Positions 14,801-28,300 of a DNA stretch of 64,000 bases are shown piece after piece. The notes under the pieces are model-generated. The model saw nothing but the letters and a program-made list of their open reading frames with translations. It made no database searches and was not told the DNA's origin. This DNA is from Eledone cirrhosa (taxonomy: Eukaryota). Numbering within the stretch: position 1 is the first letter of the stretch; every line of letters starts with the position of its first letter. The position numbers were made by a program, and so were the translations under genes. The DNA is taken from contig OZ024750.1 of assembly GCA_964016885.1 (NCBI GenBank), positions 38,936,001-39,000,000 of the forward strand, given 5' to 3'.

Positions 14801-15760
14801 ACCTGGGTACCTCTACGGTGACAGTGGTTCTTGTTAACTATTACCTGGGTACCTCTACGGTGACAGTGCTTCTTGTTAACTATTACCCGGGTACCTCTAC
14901 GGTGACAGTGCTTCTTGTTAACTATTACCTGGGTACCTCTACGGTGACAGTGGTTCTTGTTAACTATTACCTGGGTACCTCTACGGTGACAGTGCTTCTT
15001 GTTAACTATTACCTGGGTACCTCTACGGTGACAGTGGTTCTTGTTAACTATTACCTGGGTACCTCTACGGTGACAGTGGTTCTTATTAACTATTACCTGG
15101 GTACCTCTACGGTGACAGTGGTTCTTGTTAACTATTACCTGGGTACCTCTACGATGACAGTGGTTCTTGTTAACTATTACCTGGGTACCTCTGCGGTGAA
15201 AGTGGTTCTTGTTAACTATTACCTGGGTACCTCTACGGTGACAGTGCTTCTTGTTAACTATTACCTGGATACCTCTACGGTGACAGTGGTTCTTGTTAAC
15301 TATTTCCTGGGTACCTCTACGGTGACAGTGGTTCTTGTTAACTATTACCTGGGTACCTCTACGGTGACAGTGCTTCTTGTTAACTATTACCTGGGTACCT
15401 CTACGGTGACAGTGGTTCTTGTTAACTATTACCTGGGTAACTCTACGGTGACAGTGCTTCTTGTTAACTATTACCTGGGTACCTATACGGTGACAGTGGT
15501 TCTTGTTAACTATTACCTGGGTACCTCTACGGTGACAGTGGTTCTTATTAACTATTACCTGGGTACCTCTACGGTGACAGTGGTTCTTGTTAACTATTAC
15601 CTGGGTACCTCTACGGTGACAGTGGTTCTTGTTAACTATTACCTGGGTACCTCTACGGTGACAGTGGTTCTTGTTAACTATTGCCTGGGTACCTTTACGA
15701 TGACAGTGGTTCTTGTTAACTATTACCTGGGTACCTCTGCGGTGAAAGTGGTTCTTGTTA
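11860..15760. repeat. Segmental duplication, 2604-bp offset (62 monomers)
   Basis: ACCCGGGT at 12281 and 14885; CTGGATAC at 12661 and 15265; TCTAAGGTGAAAG and TATTTCCTGG are also paired at the same offset. Confidence 0.85.
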
Positions 15761-18700
15761 ACTATTACCTGGGTACCTCTACGGTGACAGTGCTTCTTGT
15801 TAACTATTACCTGGGTACCTATACGGTGACAGTGCTTCTTGTTAACTATTACCTGGGTACCTCTACGGTGACAGTGGTTCTTATTAACTATTACCTGGGT
15901 ACCTCTACGGTGACAGTGCTTCTTGTTAACTATTACCTGGGTACCTCTACGGTGACAGTGGTTCTTGTTAACTATTACCTGGGTACCTCTACGGTGACAG
16001 TGGTTCTTGTTAACTATTACCTGGGTACCTCTACGGTGAAAGTGGTTCTTGTTAACTATTACCTGGGTACCTCTACGGTGACAGTGCTTCTTGTTAACTA
16101 TTACCTGGGTACCTCTACGGTGACAGTGGTTCTTGTTAACTATTACCTGGGTACCTCTACGGTGACAGTGCTTCTTGTTAACTATTACCTGGGTACCTCT
16201 ACGGTGACAGTGGTTCTTGTTAACTATTACCTGGGTACCTCTACGGTGACAGTGGTTCTTGTTAACTATTACCTGGGTACCTCTACGGTGACAGTGCTTC
16301 TTGTTAACTATTACCTGGGTACCTCTACGGTGACAGTGGTTCTTGTTAACTATTACCTGGGTACCTCTACGGTGACAGTGCTTCTTGTTAACTATTACCT
16401 GGGTACCTATACGGTGACAGTGCTTCTTGTTAACTATTACCTGGGTACCTCTACGGTGACAGTGGTTCTTATTAACTATTACCTGGGTACCTCTACGGTG
16501 ACAGTGCTTCTTGTTAACTATTACCTGGGTACCTCTACGGTGACAGTGGTTCTTGTTAACTATTACCTGGGTACCTCTACGGTGACAGTGGTTCTTGTTA
16601 ACTATTACCTGGGTACCTCTACGATGACAGTGGTTCTTGTTAACTATTACCTGGGTACCTCTGCGGTGAAAGTGGTTCTTGTTAACTATTACCTGGGTCC
16701 CTCTACGGTGACAGTGCTTCTTGTTAACTATTACCTGGGTACCTCTACGGTGACAGTGGTTCTTGTTAACTATTACCTGGGTACCTCTACGGTGACAGTG
16801 GTTCTTGTTAACTATTACCTGGGTACCTCTACGGTGACAGTGCTTCTTGTTAACTATTACCTGGGTACCTCTACGGTGACAGTGGTTCTTGTTAACTATT
16901 ACCTGGGTACCTCTACGGTGACAGTGCTTCTTGTTAACTATTACCTGGGTACCTCTACGGTGACAGTGGTTCTTGTTAACTATTACCTGGGTACCTCTAC
17001 GGTGACAGTGGTTCTTATTAACTATTACCTGGGTACCTCTACGGTGACAGTGCTTCTTGTTAACTATTACCTGGGTACCTCTACGGTGACAGTGGTTCTT
17101 GTTAACTATTACGTGGGTACCTCTACGGTGACAGTGGTTCTTGTTAACTATTACCTGGGTAGCTCTACGATGACAGTGCTTCTTGTTAACTATTACCTGG
17201 GTACCTCTACGGTGACAGTGCTTCTTGTTAACTATTACCTGGGTACCTCTACGGTGACAGTGGTTCTTGTTAACTATTACCTGGGTACCTCTACGGTGAC
17301 AATGGTTCTTATTAACTATTACCTGGGTACCTCTACGGTGACAGTGGTTCTTGTTAACTATTACCTGGGTACCTCTACGATGACAGTGGTTCTTGTTAAC
17401 TATTACCTGGGTACCTCTACGGTGAAAGTGGTTCTTGTTAACTATTACCTGGGTACCTCTACGGTGACAGTGCTTCTTGTTAACTATTACCTGGGTAACT
17501 CTACGGTGACAGTGCTTCTTGTTAACTATTACCTGGGTACCTCTACGGTGACAGTGGTTCTTGTTAACTATTACCTGGGTACCTCTACGGTGACAGTGGT
17601 TCTTGTTAACTATTACCTGGGTACCTCTACGGTGACAGTGCTTCTTGTTAACAATTACCTGGGTACCTCTACGGTGACAGTGGTTCTTGTTAACTATTAC
17701 CTGGGTACCTCTACGGTGACAGTGCTTCTTGTTAACTATTACCTGGGTACCTCTACGGTGACAGTGGTTCTTGTTAACTATTACCTGGGTACCTCTACGG
17801 TGACAGTGGTTCTTATTAACTATTACCTGGGTACCTCTACGGTGACAGTGGTTCTTGTTAACTATTACCTGGGTACCTCTACGATGACAGTGGTTCTTGT
17901 TAACTATTACCTGGGTACCTCTGCGGTGAAAGTGGTTCTTGTTAACTATTACCTGGGTACCTCTACGGTGACAGTGCTGCTTGTTAACTATTACCTGGGT
18001 ACCTCTACGGTGACAGTGGTTCTTGTTAACTATTACCTGGGTACAGCTACGGTGACAGTGGTTCTTGTTAACTATTACCTGGGTACCTCTACGGTGACAG
18101 TGCTTCTTGTTAACTATTACCTGGGTACATCTACGGTGACAGTGGTTCTTGTTAACTATTACCTGGGTACCTCTACGGTGACAGTGCTTCTTGTTAACTA
18201 TTACCTGGGTACCTCTACGGTGACAGTGGTTCTTGTTAACTATTACCTGGGTACCTCTACGGTGACAGTGGTTCTTATTAACTATTACCTGGGTACCTCT
18301 ACGGTGACAGTGGTTCTTGTTAACTATTACCTGGGTACCTCTACGATGACAGTGGTTCTTGTTAACTATTACCTGGGTACCTCTACGGTGAAAGTGGTTC
18401 TTGTTAACTATTACCTGGGTACCTCTACGGTGACAGTGCTTCTTGTTAACTATTACCTGGGTACCTCTATGGTGACAGTGGTTCTTGTTAACTATTACCT
18501 GGGTACCTCTACGGTGACAGTGCTTCTTGTTAACTATTACCTGGATACCTCTACGGTGACAGTGCTTCTTGTTAACTATTACCTGGGTACCTCTACGGTG
18601 ACAGTGCTTCTTGTTAACTATTACCTGGGTACCTCTATGGTGACAGTGGTTCTTGTTAACTATTACCTGGGTACCTCTACGGTGACAGTGCTTCTTGTTA

Positions 18701-21087
18701 ACTATTACCTGGGTACCTCTACGGTGACAGTGGTTCTTGTTAACTATTACCTGGGTACCTCAACGGTGACAGTGGTTCTTGTTAACTATTACCTGGGTAC
18801 CTCTACGGAGACAATGGTTCTTGTTAACTATTACCTGGATACCTCTACGGTGACAGTGGTTCTTGTTAACTATTACCTGGGTACCTCTACGATGACAGTG
18901 CTTCTTGTTAACTATTACCTGGGTACCTCTACGGAGACAATGGTTCTTGTTAACTATTACCTGGGTACCTCTACGGTGACAGTGGTTCTTGTTAACTATT
19001 ACCTGGGTACCTCTACGGTGACAGTGCTTCTTGTTAACTATTACCTGGGTACCTCTACGGTGACAGTGGTTCTTGTTAACTATTGCCTGGGTACCTCTAC
19101 GGTGACAGTGCTTCTTGTTTACTATTACCTGGGTACCTCTACGGTGACAGTTCTTCTTGTTAACTATTACCTGGGTACCTCTACGGTGACAGTGGTTCTT
19201 CTAAACTATTACCTGGGTACCTCTACGGTGACAGTTCTTCTTGTTAACTATTACCTGGGTACCTCTACGGTGACAGTGCTTCTTGTTAACTATTACCTGG
19301 GTACCTCTACGGTGACAGTGGTTCTTGTTAACTATTACCTGGGTACCTCTACGATGACAGTGCTTCTTGTTAACTATTACCTGGGTACCTCTACGGAGAC
19401 AATGGTTCTTGTTAACTATTACCTGGGTACCTCTACGGTGACAGTGGTTCTTGTTAACTATTACCTGGGTACCTCTACGGTGACAGTGGTTCTTGTTAAC
19501 TATTACCTGGGTACCTCTACGGTGACAGTGGTTCTTGTTAACTATTACCTGGGTACCTCTACGGTGACAGTGCTTCTTGTTAACTATTACCTGGGTACCT
19601 CTACGGTGACAGTGCTTCTTGTTAACTATGACCTGGGTAGCTCTACACTGACAGTTCTTCTTGTTAACTATTACCTGGGTACCTCTACGGTGACAGTGCT
19701 TCTTGTTAACTATTACCTGGGTACCTCTACGGTGACAGTTCTTCTTGTTAACTATTACCTGGGTACCTCTACGCTGACAGTGCTTCTTGTTAACTATTAC
19801 CTGGGTACCTCTACGGTGACAGTGCTTCTTGTTAACTATTACCTGGGTACCTCTACGGTGACAGTTCTTCTTGTTAACTATTACCTGGGTACCTCTACGG
19901 TGACAGTGCTTCTTGTTAACTGTTACCTGGGTACCTCTACGGTGACAGTGGTTCTTATTAACTATTACCTGGGTACCTCTACGGTGACAGTGGTTCTTGT
20001 TAACTATTACCTGGGTACCTCTACGGTGACAATGGTTCTTGTTAACTATGACCTGGGTACCTCTACACTGACAGTGGTTCTTGTTAACTATTACCTGGGT
20101 ACCTCTACGGTGACAGTGGTTCTTGTGAACTATTACCTGGGTACCTCTACGGTGACAGTGGTTCTTGTGAACTATTACCTGGGTACCTCTACGGTGACAG
20201 TGGTTCTTGTTAACTATTACCTGGGTACCTCTACGGTGACAGTGGTTCTTGTTAACTATTACCTGGGTACCTCTACGGTGACAGTGGTTCTTGTTAACTA
20301 TTACCTGGGTACCTCTACACTGACAGTGGTTCTTGTGAACTATTACCTGGGTACCTCTACGGTGACAGTGGTTCTTGTGAACTATTACCTGGGTACCTCT
20401 ACGGTGACAGTGGTTCTTGTTAACTATGACCTGGGTACCTCTACACTGACAGTGGTTCTTGTTAACTATTACCTGGGTACCTCTACGGTGACAGTGGTTC
20501 TTGTTAACTATTACCTGGGTACCTCTACGGTGACAGTGGTTCTTGTTAACTATGACCTGGGTACCTCTACACTGACAGTGGTTCTTGTTAACTATTACCT
20601 GGGTGCCTCTAAGGTGACAGTGCTTCTTGTTAACTATTACCTGGGTACCTCTACGGTGACAGTGCTTCTTGTTAACTATTACCTGGATACCTCTACGGTG
20701 ACAGTGGTTCTTGTGAACTATTACCTGGGTACCTCTACGGTGACAGTGGTTCTTGTGAACTATTACCTGGGTACCTCTACGGTGACAGTGGTTCTTGTTA
20801 ACTATTACCTGGGTACCTCTACGATGACTGCTTCTTGTTAACTATTACCTGGGTACCTCTACGGTGACAGTGGTTCTTGTTAACTATCACCTGGGTACCT
20901 CTACGGTGACAGTGGTTCTTGTTAACTATTACCTGGGTACCTCTACGGTGACAGTGGTTCTTGTTAACTATTACCTGGGTACCTCTACGGTGACAGTGGT
21001 TCTTGTTAACTATCACCTGGGTACCTCTACGGTGACAGTGGTTCTTGTTAACTATTACCTGGGTACCTCTACGATGACTGCTTCTTG

Positions 21088-21103
21088 CTACCTTTAACCC
21101 TTG
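21088..21103. other. 16-bp insertion CTACCTTTAACCCTTG inside a 40-bp variant monomer (first of 12 copies)
   Basis: Copies start at 21088, 25626, 27732, 30888, 32952, 36150, 37946, 39216, 46820, 53433, 58963 and 60733. Always preceded by ACGATGACTGCTTCTTG and followed by TTAACTATTACCGGGG. Copies 2 and 4 read ...AACCATTG. Confidence 0.95.
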
Positions 21104-24100
21104 TTAACTATTACCGGGGTACCTCTACGGTGACAGTGGTTCTTGTTAACTATTACCTGGGTACATCTACAGTGACAGGTTCTTGTTAACTATTACCTGG
21201 GTACCTCTACGATGACTGCTTCTTGTTAACTATTACCTGGGTACCTCTACGGTGACAGTGGTACTTGTTAACTATCACCTGGGTACCTCTACGGTGACAG
21301 TGGTTCTTGTTAACTATTACCTGGGTACCTCTACGGTGACAGTGGTTCTTGTTAACTATTACCTGGGTACCTCTACGATGACTGCTTCTTGTTAACTATT
21401 ACCTGGGTACCTCTACGATGACAGTGCTTCTTGTTAACTATTACCTGGGTACCTCTACGGTGACAGTGCTTCTTGTTAACTATTACCTGGGTACCTCTAC
21501 GGTGACAGTGGTTCTTGTTAACTATTACCTGGGTACCTCTACGGTGACAGTGGTTCTTGTTAACTATTACCTGGGTACCTCTACGGTGACAGTGCTTCTT
21601 GTTAACTATTACCTGGGTACCTCTATGGTGACAGTGGTTCTTGTTAACTATTACCTGGGTACCTCTACGGTGACAGTGCTTCTTGTTAACTATTACCTGG
21701 ATACCTCTACGGTGACAGTGCTTCTTGTTAACTATTACCTGGGTACCTCTACGGTGACAGTGCTTCTTGTTAACTATTACCTGGGTACCTCTATGGTGAC
21801 AGTGGTTCTTGTTAACTATTACCTGGGTACCTCTACGGTGACAGTGCTTCTTGTTAACTATTACCTGGGTACCTCTACGGTGACAGTGGTTCTTGTTAAC
21901 TATTACCTGGGTACCTCAACGGTGACAGTGGTTCTTGTTAACTATTACCTGGGTACCTCTACGGAGACAATGGTTCTTGTTAACTATTACCTGGGTACCT
22001 CTACGGTGACAGTGGTTCTTGTTAACTATTACCTGGGTACCTCTACGATGACAGTGCTTCTTGTTAACTATTACCTGGGTACCTCTACGGAGACAATGGT
22101 TCTTGTTAACTATTACCTGGGTACCTCTACAGTGACAGTGGTTCTTGTTAACTATTACCTGGGTACCTCTACGGTGACAGTGCTTCTTGTTAACTATTAC
22201 CTGGGTACCTCTACGGTGACAGTGGTTCTTGTGAACTATTACCTGGGTACCTCTACGGTGACAGTGGTTCTTGTTAACTATTACCTGGGTACCTCTACGG
22301 TGACAGTGGTTCTTGTTAACTATTACCTGGGTACCTCTACGGTGACAGTGGTTCTTGTTAACTATTACCTGGGTACCTCTACGGTGACAGTGGTTCTTGT
22401 TAACTATTACCTGGGTACCTCTACACTGAGAGTGGTTCTTGTGAACTATTACCTGGGTACCTCTACGGTGCCAGTGGTTCTTGTGAACTATTACCTGGGT
22501 ACCTCTACGGTGACAGTGGTTCTTGTTAACTATGACCTGGGTACCTCTACACTGACAGTGGTTCTTGTTAACTATTACCTGGGTACCTCTACGGTGACAG
22601 TGGTTCTTGTTAACTATTACCTGGGTACCTCTACGGTGACAGTGGTTCTTGTTAACTATGACCTGGGTACCTCTACACTGACAGTGGTTCTTGTTAACTA
22701 TTACCTGGGTGCCTCTAAGGTGACAGTGCTTCTTGTTAACTATTACCTGGGTACCTCTACGGTGACAGTGCTTCTTGTTAACTATTACCTGGATACCTCT
22801 ACGGTGACAGTGGTTCTTGTGAACTATTACCTGGGTACCTCTACGATGACAGTGGTTCTTGTGAACTATTACCTGGGTACCTCTACGGTGACAGTGGTTC
22901 TTGTTAACTATTACCTGGGTACCTCTACACTGACAGTGGTTCTTGTTAACTATTACCTGGGTACCTCTACGATGACTGCTTCTTGTTAACTATTACCTGG
23001 GTACCTCTACGGTGACAGTGGTTCTTGTTAACTATCACCTGGGTACCTCTATGGTGACAGTGGTTCTTGTTAACTATTACCTGGGTACCTCTACGGTGAC
23101 AGTGCTTCTTGTTAACTATTACCTGGATACCTCTACGGTGACAGTGCTTCTTGTTAACTATTACCTGGGTACCTCTACGGTGACAGTGGTTCTTGTGAAC
23201 TATTACCTGGGTACCTCTACGGTGACAGTGGTTCTTGTTAACTATTACCTGGGTACCTCTACACTGACAGTGGTTCTTGTTAACTATTACCTGGGTACCT
23301 CTACGATGACTGCTTCTTGTTAACTATTACCTGGGTACCTCTACGGTGACAGTGGTTCTTGTGAACTATTACCTGGGTACCTCTATGGTGACAGTGGTTC
23401 TTGTTAACTATTACCTGGGTACCTCTACGGTGACAGTGCTTCTTGTTAACTATTACCTGGATACCTCTACGGTGACAGTGCTTCTTGTTAACTATTACCT
23501 GGGTACCTCTACGGTGACAGTGCTTCTTGTTAACTATTACCTGGGTACCTCTATGGTGACAGTGGTTCTTGTTAACTATTACCTGGGTACCTCTACGGTG
23601 ACAGTGCTTCTTGTTAACTATTACCTGGGTACCTCTACGGTGACAGTGGTTCTTGTTAACTATTACCTGGGTACCTCTACGGTGACAGTGGTTCTTGTTA
23701 ACTATTACCTGGGTACCTCTACGATGACAGTGCTTCTTGTTAACTATTACCTGGGTACCTCTACGGAGACAATGGTTCTTGTTAACTATTACCTGGGTAC
23801 CTCTACGGTGACAGTGGTTCTTGTTAACTATTACCTGGGTACCTCTACGGTGACAGTGCTTCTTGTTAACTATTACCTGGGTACCTCTACGGTGACAGTG
23901 GTTCTTGTTAACTATTGCCTGGGTACCTCTACGGTGACAGTGCTTCTTGTTTACTATTACCTGGGTACCTCTACGGTGACAGTTCTTCTTGTTAACTATT
24001 ACCTGGGTACCTCTACGGTGACAGTGGTTCTTCTAAACTATTACCTGGGTACCTCTACGGTGACAGTGCTTCTTGTTAACTATTACCTGGGTACCTCTAC

Positions 24101-25359
24101 GGTGACAGTGCTTCTTGTTAACTATGACCTGGGTAGCTCTACACTGACAGTTCTTCTTGTTAACTATTACCTGGGTACCTCTACGGTGACAGTGCTTCTT
24201 GTTAACTATTACCTGGGTACCTCTACGGTGACAGTTCTTCTTGTTAACTATTACCTGGGTACCTCTACGGTGACAGTGCTTCTTGTTAACTATTACCTGG
24301 GTACCTCTACGGTGACAGTGCTTCTTGTTAACTATTACCTGGGTACCTCTACGGTGACAGTTCTTCTTGTTAACTATTACCTGGGTACCTCTACGGTGAC
24401 AGTGCTTCTTGTTAACTGTTACCTGGGTACCTCTACGGTGACAGTGGTTCTTATTAACTATTACCTGGGTACCTCTACGGTGACAGTGGTTCTTGTTAAC
24501 TATTACCTGGGTACCTCTACGGTGACAATGGTTCTTGTTAACTATGACCTGGGTACCTCTACACTGACAGTGGTTCTTGTTAACTATTACCTGGGTACCT
24601 CTACGGTGACAGTGGTTCTTGTGAACTATTACCTGGGTACCTCTACGGTGACAGTGGTTCTTGTGAACTATTACCTGGGTACCTCTACGGTGACAGTGGT
24701 TCTTGTTAACTATTACCTGGGTACCTCTACGGTGACAGTGGTTCTTGTTAACTATTACCTGGGTACCTCTACGGTGACAGTGGTTCTTGTTAACTATTAC
24801 CTGGGTACCTCTACACTGACAGTGGTTCTTGTGAACTATTACCTGGGTACCTCTACGGTGACAGTGGTTCTTGTGAACTATTACCTGGGTACCTCTACGG
24901 TGACAGTGGTTCTTGTTAACTATGACCTGGGTACCTCTACACTGACAGTGGTTCTTGTTAACTATTACCTGGGTACCTCTACGGTGACAGTGGTTCTTGT
25001 TAACTATTACCTGGGTACCTCTACGGTGACAGTGGTTCTTGTTAACTATGACCTGGGTACCTCTACACTGACAGTGGTTCTTGTTAACTATTACCTGGGT
25101 GCCTCTAAGGTGACAGTGCTTCTTGTTAACTATTACCTGGGTACCTCTACGGTGACAGTGCTTCTTGTTAACTATTACCTGGATACCTCTACGGTGACAG
25201 TGGTTCTTGTGAACTATTACCTGGGTACCTCTACGGTGACAGTGGTTCTTGTGAACTATTACCTGGGTACCTCTACGGTGACAGTGGTTCTTGTTAACTA
25301 TTACCTGGGTACCTCTACACTGACAGTGGTTCTTGTTAACTATTACCTGGGTACCTCTA

Positions 25360-28300
25360 CGATGACTGCTTCTTGTTAACTATTACTTGGGTACCTCTAC
25401 GGTGACAGTGGTTCTTGTTAACTATCACCTGGGTACCTCTACGGTGACAGTGGTTCTTGTTAACTATTATCTGGGTACCTCTACGGTGACAGTGGTTCTT
25501 GTTAACTATTACCTGGGTACCTCTACGGTGACAGTGGTTCTTGTTAACTATCACCTGGGTACCTCTACGGTGACAGTGGTTCTTGTTAACTATTACCTGG
25601 GTACCTCTACGATGACTGCTTCTTGCTACCTTTAACCATTGTTAACTATTACCGGGGTACCTCTACGGTGACAGTGGTTCTTGTTAACTATTACCTGGGT
25701 ACCTCTACAGTGACAGGTTCTTGTTAACTATTACCTGGGTACCTCTACGATGACTGCTTCTTGTTAACTATTACCTGGGTACCTCTACGGTGACAGTGGT
25801 ACTTGTTAACTATCACCTGGGTACCTCTACGGTGACAGTGGTTCTTGTTAACTATTACCTGGGTACCTCTACGGTGACAGTGGTTCTTGTTAACTATTAC
25901 CTGGGTACCTCTACGATGACTGCTTCTTGTTAACTATTACCTGGGTACCTCTACGATGACAGTGCTTCTTGTTAACTATTACCTGGGTACCTCTACGGTG
26001 ACAGTGCTTCTTGTTAACTATTACCTGGGTACCTCTATGGTGAGAGTGGTTCTTGTTAACTATTACCTGGGTACCTCTACGGTGACAGTGCTTCTTGTTA
26101 ACTATTACCTGGATACCTCTACGGTGACAGTGCTTCTTGTTAACTATTACCTGGGTACCTCTACGGTGACAGTGCTTCTTGTTAACTATTACCTGGGTAC
26201 CTCTATGGTGACAGTGGTTCTTGTTAACTATTACCTGGGTACCTCTACGGTGACAGTGCTTCTTGTTAACTATTACCTGGGTACCTCTACGGTGACAGTG
26301 GTTCTTGTTAACTATTACCTGGGTACCTCAACGGTGACAGTGGTTCTTGTTAACTATTACCTGGGTACCTCTACGGAGACAATGGTTCTTGTTAACTATT
26401 ACCTGGGTACCTCTACGGTGACAGTGGTTCTTGTTAACTATTACCTGGGTACCTCTACGATGACAGTGCTTCTTGTTAACTATTACCTGGGTACCTCTAC
26501 GGAGACAATGCTTCTTGTTAACTATTACCTGGGTACCTCTACGGTGACAGTGGTTCTTGTTAACTATTACCTGGGTACCTCTACGGTGACAGTGCTTCTT
26601 GTTAACTATTACCTGGGTACCTCTACGGTGACAGTGGTTCTTGTGAACTATTACCTGGGTACCTCTACGGTGACAGTGGTTCTTGTTAACTATTACCTGG
26701 GTACCTCTACGGTGACAGTGGTTCTTGTTAACTATTACCTGGGTACCTCTACGGTGACAGTGGTTCTTGTTAACTATTACCTGGGTACCTCTACGGTGAC
26801 AGTGGTTCTTGTTAACTATTACCTGGGTACCTCTACGGTGACAGTGGTTCTTGTTAACTATTACCTGGGTACCTCTACACTGACAGTGGTTCTTGTGAAC
26901 TATTACCTGGGTACCTCTACGGTGACAGTGGTTCTTGTGAACTATTACCTGGGTACCTCTACGGTGACAGTGGTTCTTGTTAACTATGACCTGGGTACCT
27001 CTACACTGACAGTGGTTCTTGTTAACTATTACCTGGGTACCTCTACGGTGACAGTGGTTCTTGTTAACTATTACCTGGGTACCTCTACGGTGACAGTGGT
27101 TCTTGTTAACTATGACCTGGGTACCTCTACACTGACAGTGGTTCTTGTTAACTATTACCTGGGTGCCTCTAAGGTGACAGTGCTTCTTGTTAACTATTAC
27201 CTGGGTACCTCTACGGTGACAGTGCTTCTTGTTAACTATTACCTGGATACCTCTACGGTGACAGTGGTTCTTGTGAACTATTACCTGGGTACCTCTACGG
27301 TGACAGTGGTTCTTGTGAACTATTACCTGGGTACCTCTACGGTGACAGTGGTTCTTGTTAACTATTACCTGGGTACCTCTACACTGACAGTGGTTCTTGT
27401 TAACTATTACCTGGGTACCTCTACGATGACTGCTTCTTGTTAACTATTACCTGGGTACCTCTACGGTGACAGTGGTTCTTGTTAACTATCACCTGGGTAC
27501 CTCTACGGTGACAGTGGTTCTTGTTAACTATTACCTGGGTACCTCTACGGTGACAGTGGTTCTTGTTAACTATTACCTGGGTACCTCTACGGTGACAGTG
27601 CTTCTTGTTAACTATTACCTGGGTACCTCTACGGTGACAGTGGTTCTTGTTAACTATCACCTGGGTACCTCTACGGTGACAGTGGTTCTTGTTAACTATT
27701 ACCTGGGTACCTCTACGATGACTGCTTCTTGCTACCTTTAACCCTTGTTAACTATTACCGGGGTACCTCTACGGTGACAGTGGTTCTTGTTAACTATTAC
27801 CTGGGTACCTCTACAGTGACAGGTTCTTGTTAACTATTACCTGGGTACCTCTACGATGACTGCTTCTTTTTAACTATTACCTGGGTACCTCTACGGTGAC
27901 AGTGGTACTTGTTAACTATCACCTGGTTACCTCTACGGTGACAGTGGTTCTTGTTAACTATTACCTGGGTACCTCTACGGTGACAGTGGTTCTTGTTAAC
28001 TATTACCTGGGTACCTCTACGATGACTGCTTCTTGTTAACTATTACCTGGGTACCTCTACGCTGACAGTGCTTCTTGTTAACTATTACCTGGGTACCTCT
28101 ACGGTGACAGTGGTTCTTGTTAACTATTACCTGGGTACCTCTACGGTGACAGTGGTTCTTGTTAACTATTACCTGGGTACCTCTACGGTGACAGTGCTTC
28201 TTGTTAACTATTACCTGGGTACCTCTATGGTGACAGTGGTTCTTGTTAACTATTACCTGGGTACCTCTACGGTGACAGTGCTTCTTGTTAACTATTACCT

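Larger units (their letters stand above)
1..18400. repeat. Array sub-domain A
   Basis: Recurrent variants TCTGCGGTGAAAG (last seen ~17921), CCTATAC, TTACGTGGG followed by GGTAGCTCTACGATG, and frequent CTTATTAAC. Almost all monomers are 42 bp. No GTGAAC, TATCAC, GGAGACAATG or TACACTG variants and no 16-bp insertion seen. Confidence 0.85.

Noticed and set aside
13390-20841. Giant + strand ORFs of (TVTVVLVNYYLGTS)n, up to 2483 aa, superficially like a beta-solenoid or TxT ice-binding repeat
   Set aside because: A stop-free frame follows automatically from the 42-bp unit. The frame is broken by TAA/TAG variants (786, 2965, 7329, 9216, 12072, 13374, 35198, 39992, 40328) and many 2-bp deletions, which are themselves amplified. 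Common variants are mostly non-synonymous, and there is no unique N- or C-terminal domain.
20815-21420. Cassette indels sum to +6 bp, restoring the reading frame
   Set aside because: The cassette contains in-frame stops, and frame restoration has a one-in-three chance. Other 40-bp monomers are uncompensated.
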